A DNA stretch of 64,000 bases from Candidatus Poribacteria bacterium (GTDB taxonomy: Bacteria; Poribacteria; WGA-4E; WGA-3G), in the NCBI GenBank assembly GCA_965197475.1, contig CBDANF010000003.1:3232001-3296000 (forward strand), written 5' to 3'. The position numbers and the translations under genes are program-made. Below, one piece after another: positions 42,057 to 54,500 of this stretch (position 1 is its first letter; the number at the start of each line of letters is the position of its first letter). The notes below the pieces were generated by a model, which ran no database searches, had not been told where the DNA came from, and saw only the letters and a program-made list of their open reading frames with translations.

Positions 42057-44232
42057 TTAGTCTTGTCCTTTCAAATTAGCCCAACTTGTAGTAAACTTAC
42101 CACTTGCGGACACTAATCCTCGCAACCGAACGGTTGCTAACTGCTTCCGAACACCTGCATGTGACACATCCTCTATTTGATAAAAATACACAGTATTCGA
42201 TTTGGCAGTGGTATCAGTCCATGTATACGCATTGCGTTCACCTGTAGTGCCAGCACCTTGTATCATTTGAGGGTTGACAACCTTGAACTCACCATCTTTT
42301 GTACGACTGCGATAGATGTAGAAGCCTGCATTGTCAATTTCCGATTCGGTTGTCCATTTCAGCACAACGCCTGCTTCGGTGTGTTGTGCGCGGAAATGGG
42401 ATAAGGTGACAGGCAGCGGATCTTCACCGCGCTTGAGATATATCTTGACATCTGGGTTCTTTCGCAAGAGTGCGAGGAGCGGTTCTCTATCCTTAATTGG
42501 ATTTCCTTGAAGGTATAATGCTTCAAGGTTAATTAGCTCTGTGAGTGGACTTACATCACTGATTTGATTGTTTTCAAGACGTAATCTCCACTTCAATTCT
42601 GTCAATCCTGCAAGCGGATTAATATCGCTAATTTGATTACCCTGGAGATCTAAAGATCGCAATTTTGTCAATCCTGCAAGCGGACTAATATCGCTAATTT
42701 GATTGCCACCGAGTTGTAAGTACCACAATTCTGTCAATCATGCAAGTGGACTGACATCATTAATTTGGTTATTATAAAGTCGTAAGTTTATCAAATTGGT
42801 TAGTCCAGAAAATGGCTTCAAATCCTGGATCGGTGTTTGAAGGGAACCCAGGAATACATCTGTCAACTGCGTAAATTCTGCGATGGAACTTATATCATCA
42901 ATAGGATTGTCTGATAGCTTTATACGGAGTAAATTGGGTAGATCTTTGAGAGCACTGAAATCGCTAATCTGATTACCTAATAGGTCCACATATACTAAAT
43001 TCGGTAACTGTGCCAAGATAGCAATATCACTAATCTGATTGTAATAAAGATCCAAGTACTTTAGATTTCGCGCATGTTCGAGCCCCGTAAGATTCGTAAT
43101 TTGTCGACTCCTAAAACTAGTAAGTTGTGTTAACCCAAGCATATCCAATTGTGTGATGGTGCTGTTAGGTGCTAATCCCAACGCTTCCCGCACCACGGTT
43201 GCTAAATTCACATCTGGTATTGTGACAATCTCGTCAGAAAACGTGTCGGTAACATTGATTGGAAATCCATATATTGTGAAATTTCCAACACCATCAATAA
43301 CGTGAAGACTTACAGATTCAGATTGCGTTGATAACTCAGTCGTCACAAACTCGACGGTCTGATTTTCACCTGTTAAATTTTTGCAGCCCAGCAATTTAAC
43401 ATCACCTGCTCCTTCATCTCCAGAAGTCGCTACTGTTAACAAGTGTGCAATCTGGAGTCCATCAGGATCACTTACGGTGAATTGGAGGCGAATACCATAG
43501 GGTGGAGAGGCAGTTGGTTGAAGCATCTGGATCGTCGTTTCACCACGGTCGGGTGGAGTTTGGCGAGTATTGAAATAGCGATGGGCATCCAACCATTCAG
43601 CACTACACAATGACAATTCGGTTTTGGATCCGTAAGACATGAGATAGACATTATTTCTGAAATCGTGCCTTAAGCCAAAGCAATGCCCAAGTTCATGATG
43701 AGGAACCATACCTTCAAAATCTGGACCTGAACAAACTCCATCTGCGGGTATGAGAGCGATTCCTCCCCAATCTCCTGTCACATTTGTCTTGACGCTTGCT
43801 GTCCCACAGTTGGCACCTATCTGTCTAGTGCTAACATCCACAACAATGAAGTAGATATTTTTAGTCAAGTCAAATTGTTGAGAAACTTCCTTATCAACCT
43901 TAGCCGTAGTGTCATCACTGTGGTAATACGCATCATCAAAGTCTCCATTTACGCGATGTACGACAGTGTTGCCGTCACTATCCGCTTCAAACACGAAAGT
44001 TTTTCTGCCGAATCCGTGGGCGTTCCATCTCATTGGCGAAAAACGTCTGCATGTTTTTTATCAACTTATCGAACTTTGCGTTTATATCTGGATCAGGTGT
44101 GCGATCGCGGGGAACAAAATAGATAAGTCGGACGATATTGTGAGGTTCATTCGCTTGTGCAAAACTGTTCGGTACAAAGGCAAGCATTACAAATGTTAGT
44201 AGTGTAAGTGTAAAACATAACATCGTTTTCAT
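42057..44232 (-). pseudogene. Secreted metzincin-like zinc protease with internalin-type LRRs and a C-terminal sorting-like domain; frameshift and nonsense
   Basis: Signal peptide at 44232; an extra C near 44018 breaks ...EMERHGFGRKTF; HELGHCFGLRH with a downstream Met; TGA at 42738-42740 where a sister repeat has GGA (SPLAGLT); ends LPVTLSHF...GKFTTSWANLK. Confidence 0.8.
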
Positions 44233-44261
44233 GAGTTGGTTCTCCTTTTTATTGATATTGG

Positions 44262-44314
44262 ATGGAAGATTGGAAAAATAGAAGCGTTTATCTCCGATTT
44301 TTCCAATCTTCCAT
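44262..44314. repeat. Intergenic 16-bp inverted repeat (possible terminator or REP-like element)
   Basis: ATGGAAGATTGGAAAA...TTTTCCAATCTTCCAT. Confidence 0.6.
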
Positions 44315-44325
44315 ATTTTTCAAAT

Positions 44326-47300
44326 TTACTTTCGTATCAACATCTTGCGCGTAGCAGAAAAATCACCTGCAGTGAGTGTATAAAAATAGATACCACTTGC
44401 AACAGATTCACCGAACTCATTTTTACCATCCCAATACGCTGCACGACTGCGACTTTGATAGGTGCCAGCGGGCAGGTGTCCTAACGCTAGCGTTCGAACT
44501 ATCTTACCATCTGCAGAATAGATAGAGATGCTAACATCGGCAGGTGCTGCCAACTGATACGGTATCCACGTCTCAGGATTGAACGGGTTGGGGAAGTTGG
44601 GAAGGAGTTCAGTTTGTATAGGCGTTGTTTGTGCTGACGGCGCACGGTTGTCAGCTTCTTCAGGAATTGTTATATCAAGGTCTAAACCTGGATGATCCGG
44701 AAGTGCCTCAATTGCTGCGACGAGTGTGCGGAGCGGTCCATAATCTGAAATAGAATTTCCAGCGAGCTTGAGCCTTCCCAGATTTGTCAAGTCTTCAAGT
44801 GGAGATATGTCGCTGATGCTGTTAGAGTGCAGATAGAGCGTTGTCAGTGAAGTCAACTCTTCAAGCGTTGATATATCGCTGATGCTGTTACCGCCCAGAT
44901 AGAGCGTTGTCAGTGAAGTTGACTCTTCAAGCGTTGATATATCGATGATGCTGTTACTGGTCAGACCGAGCGTTGTCAGTGAAGTCAAGTCTTCAAGTGC
45001 CGATATATTGCTGATACTGTTACCGGACAGATTGAGGTATGTGAGATTTGTCAAGTTTTCAAGCGTTGATATATCGCTGATGCCGTTATCCCGCAGATTG
45101 AGCCTTGTCAGATTTGTCAAGTTTTGAAGCGTTGATATATCGCTGAGGCCATTATCCCGCAGATTGAGCGATGTCAGTGAAATCAATCCATCAAAATCAC
45201 CTAATTGCAGTGTTGTGATCCCTTTATTGTCAAGACGAAGTGAAGTAATAGCTGCGAGGTGTGCCGCAGTCACATCATCTGCTGAATTCACACCTGCTGC
45301 TCGGACAATAGCATCACGCACCTGTTGTGTGCGTTCACTGAGCGGCAGAGGTGGAATTGTAATATCAAGCCATAAACTTCCATCAGCTGCCTTGATTACT
45401 GCAATGAGTCTACGGAGCGGTCCGTAATCTGATATCGTATTTCTACTGAGATCGAGCGTTGTCAGATTTGTCAAGTTTTGAAGCGTTGATATATCGCTGA
45501 TGCTGTTATGGCGCAGATCGAGGTATGTCAGATTTGTCAAATCTTCAAGGGCAGATATATCGCTGATGCTGTTATCGTCCAGATAGAGGTGTGTCAGATT
45601 TGTCAAGTTTTGAAGCGTTGATATATCGCTGATGCTGTTATCGTCCAGAGAGAGCCCTATCAGATTTGTCAAGTTTTGAAGCGTTGATATATCGCTGATG
45701 CTGTTATCGTCCAGACAGAGCCCTGTCAGATTTGTCAAGTTTTGAAGCGTTGATATATCGCTGATGCTGTTACCGTACAGATTGAGCGATGTCAGATTTG
45801 TCAAGTTTTGAAGCGTTGATATATCGCTGATGCTGTTATGGCGCAGACCGAGCCCTGTCAGATTTGTCAAATCTTCAAGGGCAGATATATCGCTGATGCT
45901 GTTATTCCACAGATAGAGGTATGTGAGATTTGTCAAGTTTTGAAGCGTTGATATATCGCTGATGCTGTTATGGCACAGATTGAGGTATGTCAGATTTGTC
46001 AAATCTTCAAGGGCAGATATATCGCTGATGCTGTTACCGTACAGAGAGAGCCCTGTCAGTGAAGTCAATCCATCAAAATCACCGGTTTGCAGTGTTGTGA
46101 TCCCTTTATTTATAAGATAAAGCGAAGTAATAGCTGCGAGGTGCGTTGCAGTCACATCATCTGCAGAACTAACCCCCGGCACTGCGGCAACAATAGCATC
46201 CTGCACCTGCCGTGTGCGTTCACTGATTGGTGTTGGAATTGTAATATCAAGGTATAAACGTCCACCAGCTTCCTTGATTACTGCAATGAGTCTGCGGAGC
46301 GGTCCGTAATCTGATATCGGATTTCCAGAGAGATTGAGCCATGTCAGATTTGTCAAGTTTTGAAGCGTTGATATATCGCTGATGCTGTTATCGTACAGAT
46401 AGAGGTATGTGAGATTTGTCAAGTTTTGAAGCGTTGATATATCGCTGAGGCTGTTAGCACCCAGATAGAGCGTTGTGAGATTTGTCAAGTTTTGAAGCGT
46501 TGATATATCGCTGAGGCTGTTAGCACCCAGATAGAGCGTTGTGAGATTTGTCAAGTCTTCAAGTGGTGATATATCGCTGAGGCTGTTACGGGACAGAGTG
46601 AGGTATGTGAGATTTGTCAAGTTTTGAAGCGTTGATATATCGCTGAGGCTGTTACGGGACAGAGTGAGGTATGTGAGATTTGTCAAGTTTTGAAGCGTTG
46701 ATATATCGCTGATGCTGTTACGGGACAGATTGAGCGTTGTCAGTGAAGTCAATCCATCAAAATCACCGGTTTGCAGTGTTGTGATCCCTTTATTGTCAAG
46801 ACGAAGCGAAGTAATAGCTGCGAGGTGTGTTGCTGTCACATCATCTGCAGAACTAACCCCTGGCACAGCTAGGACAATAGCATCACGCACCTGTTGTGTG
46901 CGGATTGGTGTTGGAATTGGAATATCAAGCCATAAACTTCCATTAGCTGCCACAATTGCTTCGATGAGTGTGCGGAGCGGTCCATAATCTGAAATAGAAT
47001 TTCCAGCGAGCTTGAGCGTTGTCAGATTTGTCAAGTCTTCAAGTGGAGATATATCGCTGATGCTGTTAGAGTGCAGATAGAGCTTTGTCAGATTTGTCAA
47101 CTCTTCAAGCGTTGATATATCGCTGATGCTGTTACCGCCCAGATAGAGCGTTGTCAGTGAAGTCAACTCTTCAAGCGTTGATATATCGATGATGCTGTTA
47201 CTGGTCAGACCGAGCGTTGTCAGATTTGTCAACTCTTCAAGCGCAGATATATTGCTGATGCTGTTACCGGACAGATTGAGGTATGTCAGATTTGTCAAGT

Positions 47301-48378
47301 TTTGAAGCGTTGATATATCGCTGATGCTGTTATCCCGCAGATTGAGGTATGTCAGATTTGTCAAGTTTTGAAGCGTTGATATATCGCTGATGCTGTTATC
47401 CCGCAGATTGAGGTATGTCAGATTTGTCAAGTTTTGAAGCGTTAATATATCGCTGAGGCTGTTATCCCGCAGATAGAGCGTTGTCAGTGAAGTCAATCCA
47501 TCAAAATCACCGGTTTGCAGTGTTGTGATCCCTTTATTGTCAAGACTAAGTGAAGTAATCGCTGCGAGGTGTGTTGCTGTCACATCATCTGCTGAATTCA
47601 CACCTGCTGCAGCAACAATAGCATCCTGCACCTGTTGTGTGCGTTCACTGAGCGGCAGAGATGGAATTGTAATATCAGGCCGTAAACTTCTACTAGCTGC
47701 CTCTATTGCTGCGATGAGTCTGCGGAGCGGTCCGTAATCTGATATCCCATTTCCAGCGAGCTTGAGCGTTGTCAGATTTGTCAAGTCTTCAAGTGGAGAT
47801 ATATCGCTGATGCTGTTACCGCCCAGATAGAGCTTTGTCAGTGAAGTCAAGTCTTCAAGCGGAGATATATCGCTGATGCTGTTACTGGTCAGACCGAGCG
47901 TTGTCAGTGAAGTCAACTCTTCAAGGGCAGATATATCGCTGATGCTGTTACTGGACAGAGTGAGGTATGTCAGATTTGTCAAGTTTTGAAGCGTTGATAT
48001 ATCGCTGATGCTGTTAGCGTTCAGAGTGAGGTATGTCAGATTTGTCAAGTTTTGAAGCGTTGATATATCGCTGAGGCCGTTAGAGGACAGACCGAGCGTT
48101 GTCAGTGAAGTCAATCCATCAAAATCACCTTCTTGCAGTGTTGTGATCCCTTTATTTCCAAGACGAAGCAAAGTAATCGCTGCGAGGTGTGTTTCGGTTA
48201 CATCGCTGGCAGTATTTATGCCCGGCACAGCAGCTACGATTTCATCGCGCACTTGTGGTGTGCGATCGGTAACAGGCGTGACAGCCGCATAACTCGTGCC
48301 ATATGTGCCGAGAATAATTAAAAGAGATACTAAAATAGATAAGACATACTTTTGATTTAGAAATTGTGTTTTCAACAT
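44326..48378 (-). CDS. Secreted multi-cassette LRR protein (5 capped cassettes of 22-aa internalin-like LRRs) with a FlgD-Ig/T9SS-like C-terminal domain
   Basis: Signal peptide; N-cap RTxQVRDAIV...HLAAIT; 6, 8, 7, 10 and 7 repeats; C-cap ISDYGPLRxL...LDITIP; NFPNPFNPETWIPY. Confidence 0.92.
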   Translation of the reverse strand: MLKTQFLNQKYVLSILVSLLIILGTYGTSYAAVTPVTDRTPQVRDEIVAAVPGINTASDVTETHLAAITLLRLGNKGITTLQEGDFDGLTSLTTLGLSSNGLSDISTLQNLTNLTYLTLNANSISDISTLQNLTNLTYLTLSSNSISDISALEELTSLTTLGLTSNSISDISPLEDLTSLTKLYLGGNSISDISPLEDLTNLTTLKLAGNGISDYGPLRRLIAAIEAASRSLRPDITIPSLPLSERTQQVQDAIVAAAGVNSADDVTATHLAAITSLSLDNKGITTLQTGDFDGLTSLTTLYLRDNSLSDILTLQNLTNLTYLNLRDNSISDISTLQNLTNLTYLNLRDNSISDISTLQNLTNLTYLNLSGNSISNISALEELTNLTTLGLTSNSIIDISTLEELTSLTTLYLGGNSISDISTLEELTNLTKLYLHSNSISDISPLEDLTNLTTLKLAGNSISDYGPLRTLIEAIVAANGSLWLDIPIPTPIRTQQVRDAIVLAVPGVSSADDVTATHLAAITSLRLDNKGITTLQTGDFDGLTSLTTLNLSRNSISDISTLQNLTNLTYLTLSRNSLSDISTLQNLTNLTYLTLSRNSLSDISPLEDLTNLTTLYLGANSLSDISTLQNLTNLTTLYLGANSLSDISTLQNLTNLTYLYLYDNSISDISTLQNLTNLTWLNLSGNPISDYGPLRRLIAVIKEAGGRLYLDITIPTPISERTRQVQDAIVAAVPGVSSADDVTATHLAAITSLYLINKGITTLQTGDFDGLTSLTGLSLYGNSISDISALEDLTNLTYLNLCHNSISDISTLQNLTNLTYLYLWNNSISDISALEDLTNLTGLGLRHNSISDISTLQNLTNLTSLNLYGNSISDISTLQNLTNLTGLCLDDNSISDISTLQNLTNLIGLSLDDNSISDISTLQNLTNLTHLYLDDNSISDISALEDLTNLTYLDLRHNSISDISTLQNLTNLTTLDLSRNTISDYGPLRRLIAVIKAADGSLWLDITIPPLPLSERTQQVRDAIVRAAGVNSADDVTAAHLAAITSLRLDNKGITTLQLGDFDGLISLTSLNLRDNGLSDISTLQNLTNLTRLNLRDNGISDISTLENLTNLTYLNLSGNSISNISALEDLTSLTTLGLTSNSIIDISTLEESTSLTTLYLGGNSISDISTLEELTSLTTLYLHSNSISDISPLEDLTNLGRLKLAGNSISDYGPLRTLVAAIEALPDHPGLDLDITIPEEADNRAPSAQTTPIQTELLPNFPNPFNPETWIPYQLAAPADVSISIYSADGKIVRTLALGHLPAGTYQSRSRAAYWDGKNEFGESVASGIYFYTLTAGDFSATRKMLIRK

Positions 48379-48432
48379 AAACTCCTTTTTTGTTAGTTTC
48401 AGACGGTAGATGCGGTTTGCTAACCGAGATTC

Positions 48433-48580
48433 TGTCTGAACCAGGATTCACAGGATTATAGGATTTTCAGGATTACAGAAGATTACCCATCTAATGCTAA
48501 CCCTAATAAGAGACAACTTGCAATCAAAGAAACCCAATAATCCTGGAAATCTGGAAATCCTGAAAATCCTGGTTCAGACA
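48433..48580. repeat. 148-bp inverted-repeat element with internal AGGATT short repeats
   Basis: Perfect termini TGTCTGAACCAGGATT...AATCCTGGTTCAGACA. Confidence 0.75.
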
Positions 48581-48585
48581 AGGCA

Positions 48586-51500
48586 TTACTTCAAAATAGC
48601 CATTTTGCGCAGGAAGGACACACTGTCCGCCTGCAGTTGATAGAAATAGACCCCTGCCGCAACCTTCTCACCGAATGTGTTTTTACCATCCCAATGGATA
48701 GCACGGCTACGACTCAGATAAACACCCGCAGGTTTCTGGCCTAACTTCAACTGCCGCACCACAACGCCCCGCATATCGTAGATTGTCAACGTGACCTCTG
48801 CTGGCTTGGACAGTTGATACGGTATCCACGTCTCAGGGTTGAACGGGTTGGGGAAGTTGGGAAGGAGTTCAGTTTGTATAGGCGTTGCTGGTGCTGACAG
48901 GGCACGGTTGTCAGCTTCTTCAGGAATTGTTATATCAAGGTATAAACTTCTACCAGCTGCCTCAATTACTGCGATGAGTCTGCGGAGCGGTCCGTAATCT
49001 GATATCGGATTTCCCCGGAGCCAGAGCCTTGTCAGATTTGTCAAGTTTTGAAGTGGAGATATATCGCTGAGGCTGTTATCGCCCAGATGGAGCCTTGTCA
49101 GTGAAGTCAATCCATCAAAATCACCGGTTTGCAGTGTTGTGATCCCTTTATTGTCAAGACTAAGCAAAGTAATAGCTGCGAGGTGTCTTGCTGTCACATC
49201 ATCTGCAGAACTAACCCCCGGCACTGCAGCAACAATAGCATCACGCACCTGCCGTGTGCGTTCACTGAGCGGCAGAAGTGGAATTGTAATATCAAGGTTT
49301 AAACGTCCACCAGCTGCCTCGATTGCTGCGATGAGTCTGCGGAGCGGTTCGTAATCTGATATCGGATTCCCCCAGAGCCAGAGCCTTGTCAGATTTGTCA
49401 AGTTTTGAAGCGGAGATATATCGCTGATGCTGTTATTGGTCAGATAGAGCCATGTCAGATTTGTCAAGTTTTGAAGCGTTGATATATCGCTGATGCGGTT
49501 AGAGCGCAGATCGAGCGTTGTCAGATTTGTCAGATTTGTCAAGTTTTGAAGCGTTGATATATCGCTGAGGCTGTTATCGCCCAGCTTGAGCCTTGTCAGT
49601 GAAGTCAATCCATCAAAATCACCGGTTTGCAGTGTTGTGATCCCTTTATCGTTAAGACTAAGTGAAGTAATAGCTGCGAGGTGTGTTCCTGTCACATCAT
49701 CTGCAGAACTAACCCCCGGCACTGCGGCAACAATAGCATCACGCACCTGTTGTGTGCGTTCACTGAGCGGCGGATCAATTGGTGTTGGAATTGTAATATC
49801 AAGTCTTAAACTTCCATCAGCTGCCTCGATTGCTGCGATGAGTCTGCGGAGCGGTCCGTAATCTGATATCGTATTTCCAGCGAGCCTGAGCGATGTCAGA
49901 TTTGTCAAATGTTCAAGCGCAGATATATCGCTGATGCTGTTAGAGCGCAGATAGAGGTATCTGAGATTTGTCAAATGTTCAAGCGCAGATATATCGCTGA
50001 TGCTGTTATTGTTTAGATAGAGGTATGTCAGTGAAGTCAATCCATCAAAATCACCGGTTTGCAGTGTTGTGATCCCTTTATTTATAAGATTAAGCAAAGT
50101 AATAGCAGCGAGATGTGTTGCTGTCACATCATCTGCTGAACTAACCCCCGGCACTGCAGCAACAATAGCATCACGCACCTGCCGTGTGCGTTCACTGAGC
50201 GGCGGATCAATTGGTGTTGGAATTGTAATATCAAGGTTTAAACGTCCACCAGCTGCCTCGATTGCTGCGATGAGTCTGCGGAGCGGTCCGTAATCTGATA
50301 TCGTATTTCCAGCGAGCGTGAGCCATCTCAGATTTGTCAAGTCTTCAAGTGGAGATATATCGCTGATGCTGGTACCGGACAGTTCGAGCGTTGTCAGATT
50401 TGTCAAATGTTGAAGCGTTGATATATCGCTGATGCTGGTATTGTACAGATAGAGCAATGTCAGATTTGTCAAATGTTCAAGCGCAGATATATCGCTGATG
50501 CTGGTATTATTGCCCAGATTGAGCGATGTGAGACTTGTCAAGTTTTCAAGCGCAGATATATCGCTGAGGCTGTTATCCCGCAGAGTGAGATATGTCAGAT
50601 TTGTCAAGTTTTCAAGCGCAGATATATCGATGAGGCTGTTATTCCGCAGATCGAGGTCTGTGAGTGCGGTGAGACCATTAAAATCACCTGCTTGCAGTGA
50701 TGAAATGCCCGATCCCCTTATGTCAAGTTCTGTAATAGCAGCGAGGTGTGCTGCAGTCACATCATCTGCAGAACTAACCCCCGGCACTGCAGCAACAATA
50801 GCATCACGCACCTGCTGTGTGCGTTCACTGAGCGGCGGATCTGGTGTATCGGGTACGTCGGTAACATTAATCGTGACAGTAATGCTATCTGTCCCCCCAT
50901 TCCCATCAGAAACAGAGACCGTGACCGAGTAAGATGTCTTTGTTTCATAATTGAGGGATGCTTTGGTTTGCAGCTGCCCGGAACTACTAACAATACCAAA
51001 AGATGCCGCATCCGTGCCACCGAGTGTATAGGTGAGCGTAGTACCACTATCCGGATCAGTCGCAGCAACCGCACTGCCGATGTTATTACCGGAGGCTGTA
51101 TTTTCTGCGATAGACCGTGATGTGCTGCTGCTATCACTGAACACGGGTGCCTCGTTGACATTCGTGACATTGATCGTGATAGTAATAGTATCCGTAAGGG
51201 TTCCATCTGATACCGTTATAACTACGGTATAGGATGTCTTTGTTTCATAGTCAAGTGCTGCCTTGGTTAGCAACCTTCTGGTCGTGCTATCAAAGGTAAA
51301 CGATGCTGCATCCGCGCCACCCAGACTATAGGTCAACGAGTCACCATCAGGCTCACTCACATCCAAAGCATTACCGATGCTTGTATTTGCAGCGGTATTC
51401 TCAGGAATGGAGCGCGTATCGCTGCTATGTTTAAACGCGGGTGCCTCGTTGACATTCGTGACATTGATTGTGACGCTAATGCTATCACTACCGCCGTTCC

Positions 51501-54500
51501 CATCAGAGACAGAGATTGTCACAGAATAGGAGGACCTGCTTTCATAATTGAGAGATGCGCTTGTGCGGAGCTGCCCGTTTGTGCTATTGATGCCAAACGA
51601 TGCCGCATCCGTGCCACCGAGCGTCCAAGTCAACGTATCGTCATCCGCATCTGTCGCAGCAACGGCAGTACCGATGTTATTACCGGCAGCGGTGTTCTCC
51701 GCAACGGAACGTGATGTGCTTGTGCCATCAGTGAGGGTCGGTGCATCGTTTGCGTCTGTAACGTTGATTGTAACGGTGATGCTATCACTCCCACCATTCC
51801 CATCGGAGACAGAGATTGTCACAGAATAGGAGGACCTGCTTTCATAATTGAGAGCTGCGCTTGTGCGCAACTGCCCGTTTGTGCTGTTAATGTCAAACGA
51901 GGACGCATCTGTGCCACCGAGACTATATTCTAAGGTGTCGTTATCTGGATCGGTTGCAGAGACGGCACTGCCGATGTTTATGCCGGCTGCCGTGTTTTCT
52001 GCGATGGAGCGCGTGGTGCTGATGCCGTCTGTGAAGGTCGGGGCGGTGTTACCACCCTCAGGTGGAATTGTAATATCAAGTCTTAAACTTCCACCAGCTA
52101 CCTCGATTGCTGCGATGAGTCTGCGGAGCGGTCCGTAATCTGAAATCGTATTTCCACGGAGATAGAGCCTTGTCAGATTTGTCAAATCTTCAAGCGCAGA
52201 TATATCGCTGATGCTGTTAGAGCGCAGATGGAGCCATGTCAGATTTGTCAAGTTTTGAAGCGGAGATATATCGCTGATGCTGGTATTGTTTAGATAGAGG
52301 TGTCTGAGATTTGTCAAATCTTCAAGCGGAGATATATCGCTAATGCGGTTATTGTTTAGATAGAGGTATGTCAGTGAAGTCAATCCATCAAAATCACCGG
52401 TTTGCAGTGTTGTGATCCCTTTATTTATAAGATTAAGCAAAGTAATAGCTGCGAGGTGTGTTCCTGTCACATCATCTGCAGAACTAACCCTCGGCACTGC
52501 AGCAACAATAGCATCACGCACCTGCCGTGTGCGTTCACTGAGCGGCGGATCAATTGGTATTGGAATTGTAATATCAAGGTTTAAACGTCCACCAGCTGCC
52601 TCGATTGCGGCGATGAGTCTGCGGAGCGGTCCGTAATCTGATATCGTATTTCCACTGAGATTGAGCCTTGTCAGATTTGTCAAGCTTTCAAGCGCAGATA
52701 TATTGCTGAGGCTGGTATCGGACAAAGAGAGGTATCTCAGATTTGTCAAGTTTTCAAGCACAGATATATCGCTGAGGCTGGTATTATTGCCCAGATTGAG
52801 TGCTCTCAGATTTGTCAAATGTTCAAGCACAGATATATCGCTGATGCTGGTATCGTCCAGATAGAGCGTTGTCAGATTTGTCAAGTTTTGAAGCGGAGAT
52901 ATATCGCTGATGCTGGTATCCTGCAGATAGAGCGATGTGAGATTTGTCAAGTTTTCAAGCGGAGATATATCGCTGAGGCTGGTATTATTGCCCAGATTGA
53001 GGTCTGTGAGACTTGTCAAGTTGTGAAGCGCAGATATATCGCTGAGGCTGTTATCCCGCAGAGTGAGATATGTCAGATTTGTCAAGTTTTGAAGCGCAGA
53101 TATATCGCTGAGGCTGTTATTCCGCAGATCGAGGTCTGTGAGTGCGGTGAGACCATTAAAATCACCTGCTTGCAGTGATGAAATGCCCGATTCCCTTATG
53201 TCAAGTTCTTTAATAGCAGCGAGGTGTGCTGCAGTCACATCATCTGCAGAACTAACCCCCGGCACTGCAGCAACAATAGCATCGCGCACCTGCCGTGTGC
53301 GTTCACTGAGCGGCGGATCAATTGGAATTGTAATATCAAGGTCTAAACTTCTATCAGCTGCCTCGATTGCTGCGATGAGTCTGAGGAGCGGTCCGTAATC
53401 TGAAATCGTATTTCCACGGAGATTGAGCCTTCCCAGATTTGTCAAGCTTTCAAGCGCAGATATATCGCTGATGCTGTTATCGGACAGATCGAGCGTTGTC
53501 AGATTTGTCAAGTTTTGAAGCGCAGATATATCGATGATGCTGTTATCGGGCAGATGGAGCAATGTCAGATTTGTCAAGTTTTGAAGCGGAGATATATCGA
53601 TGATGCTGTTATAGGACAGAAGGAGCCATGTGAGATTTGTCAAGTTTTGAAGCGGAGATATATCGATGATGCTGTTATCGATCAGATAGAGGTATCTGAG
53701 ATTTGTCAAGTTTTGAAGCGGAGATATATCGCTGAGGGGGTTATAGGACAGATAGAGCGTTGTGAGATTTGTCAAGTTTTGAAGCGGAGATATATCGCCG
53801 ATGCTGTTATCGGTCAGATCGAGCAATGTGAGATTTGTCAAGTTTTGAAGCGGAGATATATCGCTGAGGGGGTTATAGGACAGATCGAGCAATGTGAGAT
53901 TTGTCAAGTTTTGAAGCGTTGATATATCGCTGATGCTGTTATCGCCCAGAGAGAGCCTTGTCAGTGAAGTCAATCCATCAAAATCACCGGTTTGCAGTGT
54001 TGTGATCCCTTTATTGTCAAGACTAAGTGAAGTAATAGCTGCGAGGTGTGTTGCAGTCACATCATCTGCAGAACTAACCCCCGACACTGCGGCAACAATA
54101 GCATCGCGCACCTGCCGTGTGCGTTCACTGAGCGGCGGATCAATTGGTGGTGGAATTGTAATATCAAGGTGTAAACGTCCACCAGCTGCCTCGATTGCTG
54201 CGATGAGTCTACGGAGCGGTCCGTAATCTGATATCGAATTTTTAGCGAGCGTGAGGTATCTCAGATTTGTCAAGTTTTCAAGTGGAGATATATCGCTGAG
54301 GCTGTTATCGTCCAGACCGAGCGTTGTCAGATTTGTCAAGTTTTGAAGCGTTGATATATCGCTGATGCTGTTATCGGTCAGACCGAGCGTTGTCAGATTT
54401 GTCAAGTCTTCAAGGGCAGATATATCGCTGAGGTTGTTATCGGGCAGACTGAGCGTTGTCAGATTTGTCAAGTCTTCAAGGGCAGATATATCGCTGAGGC

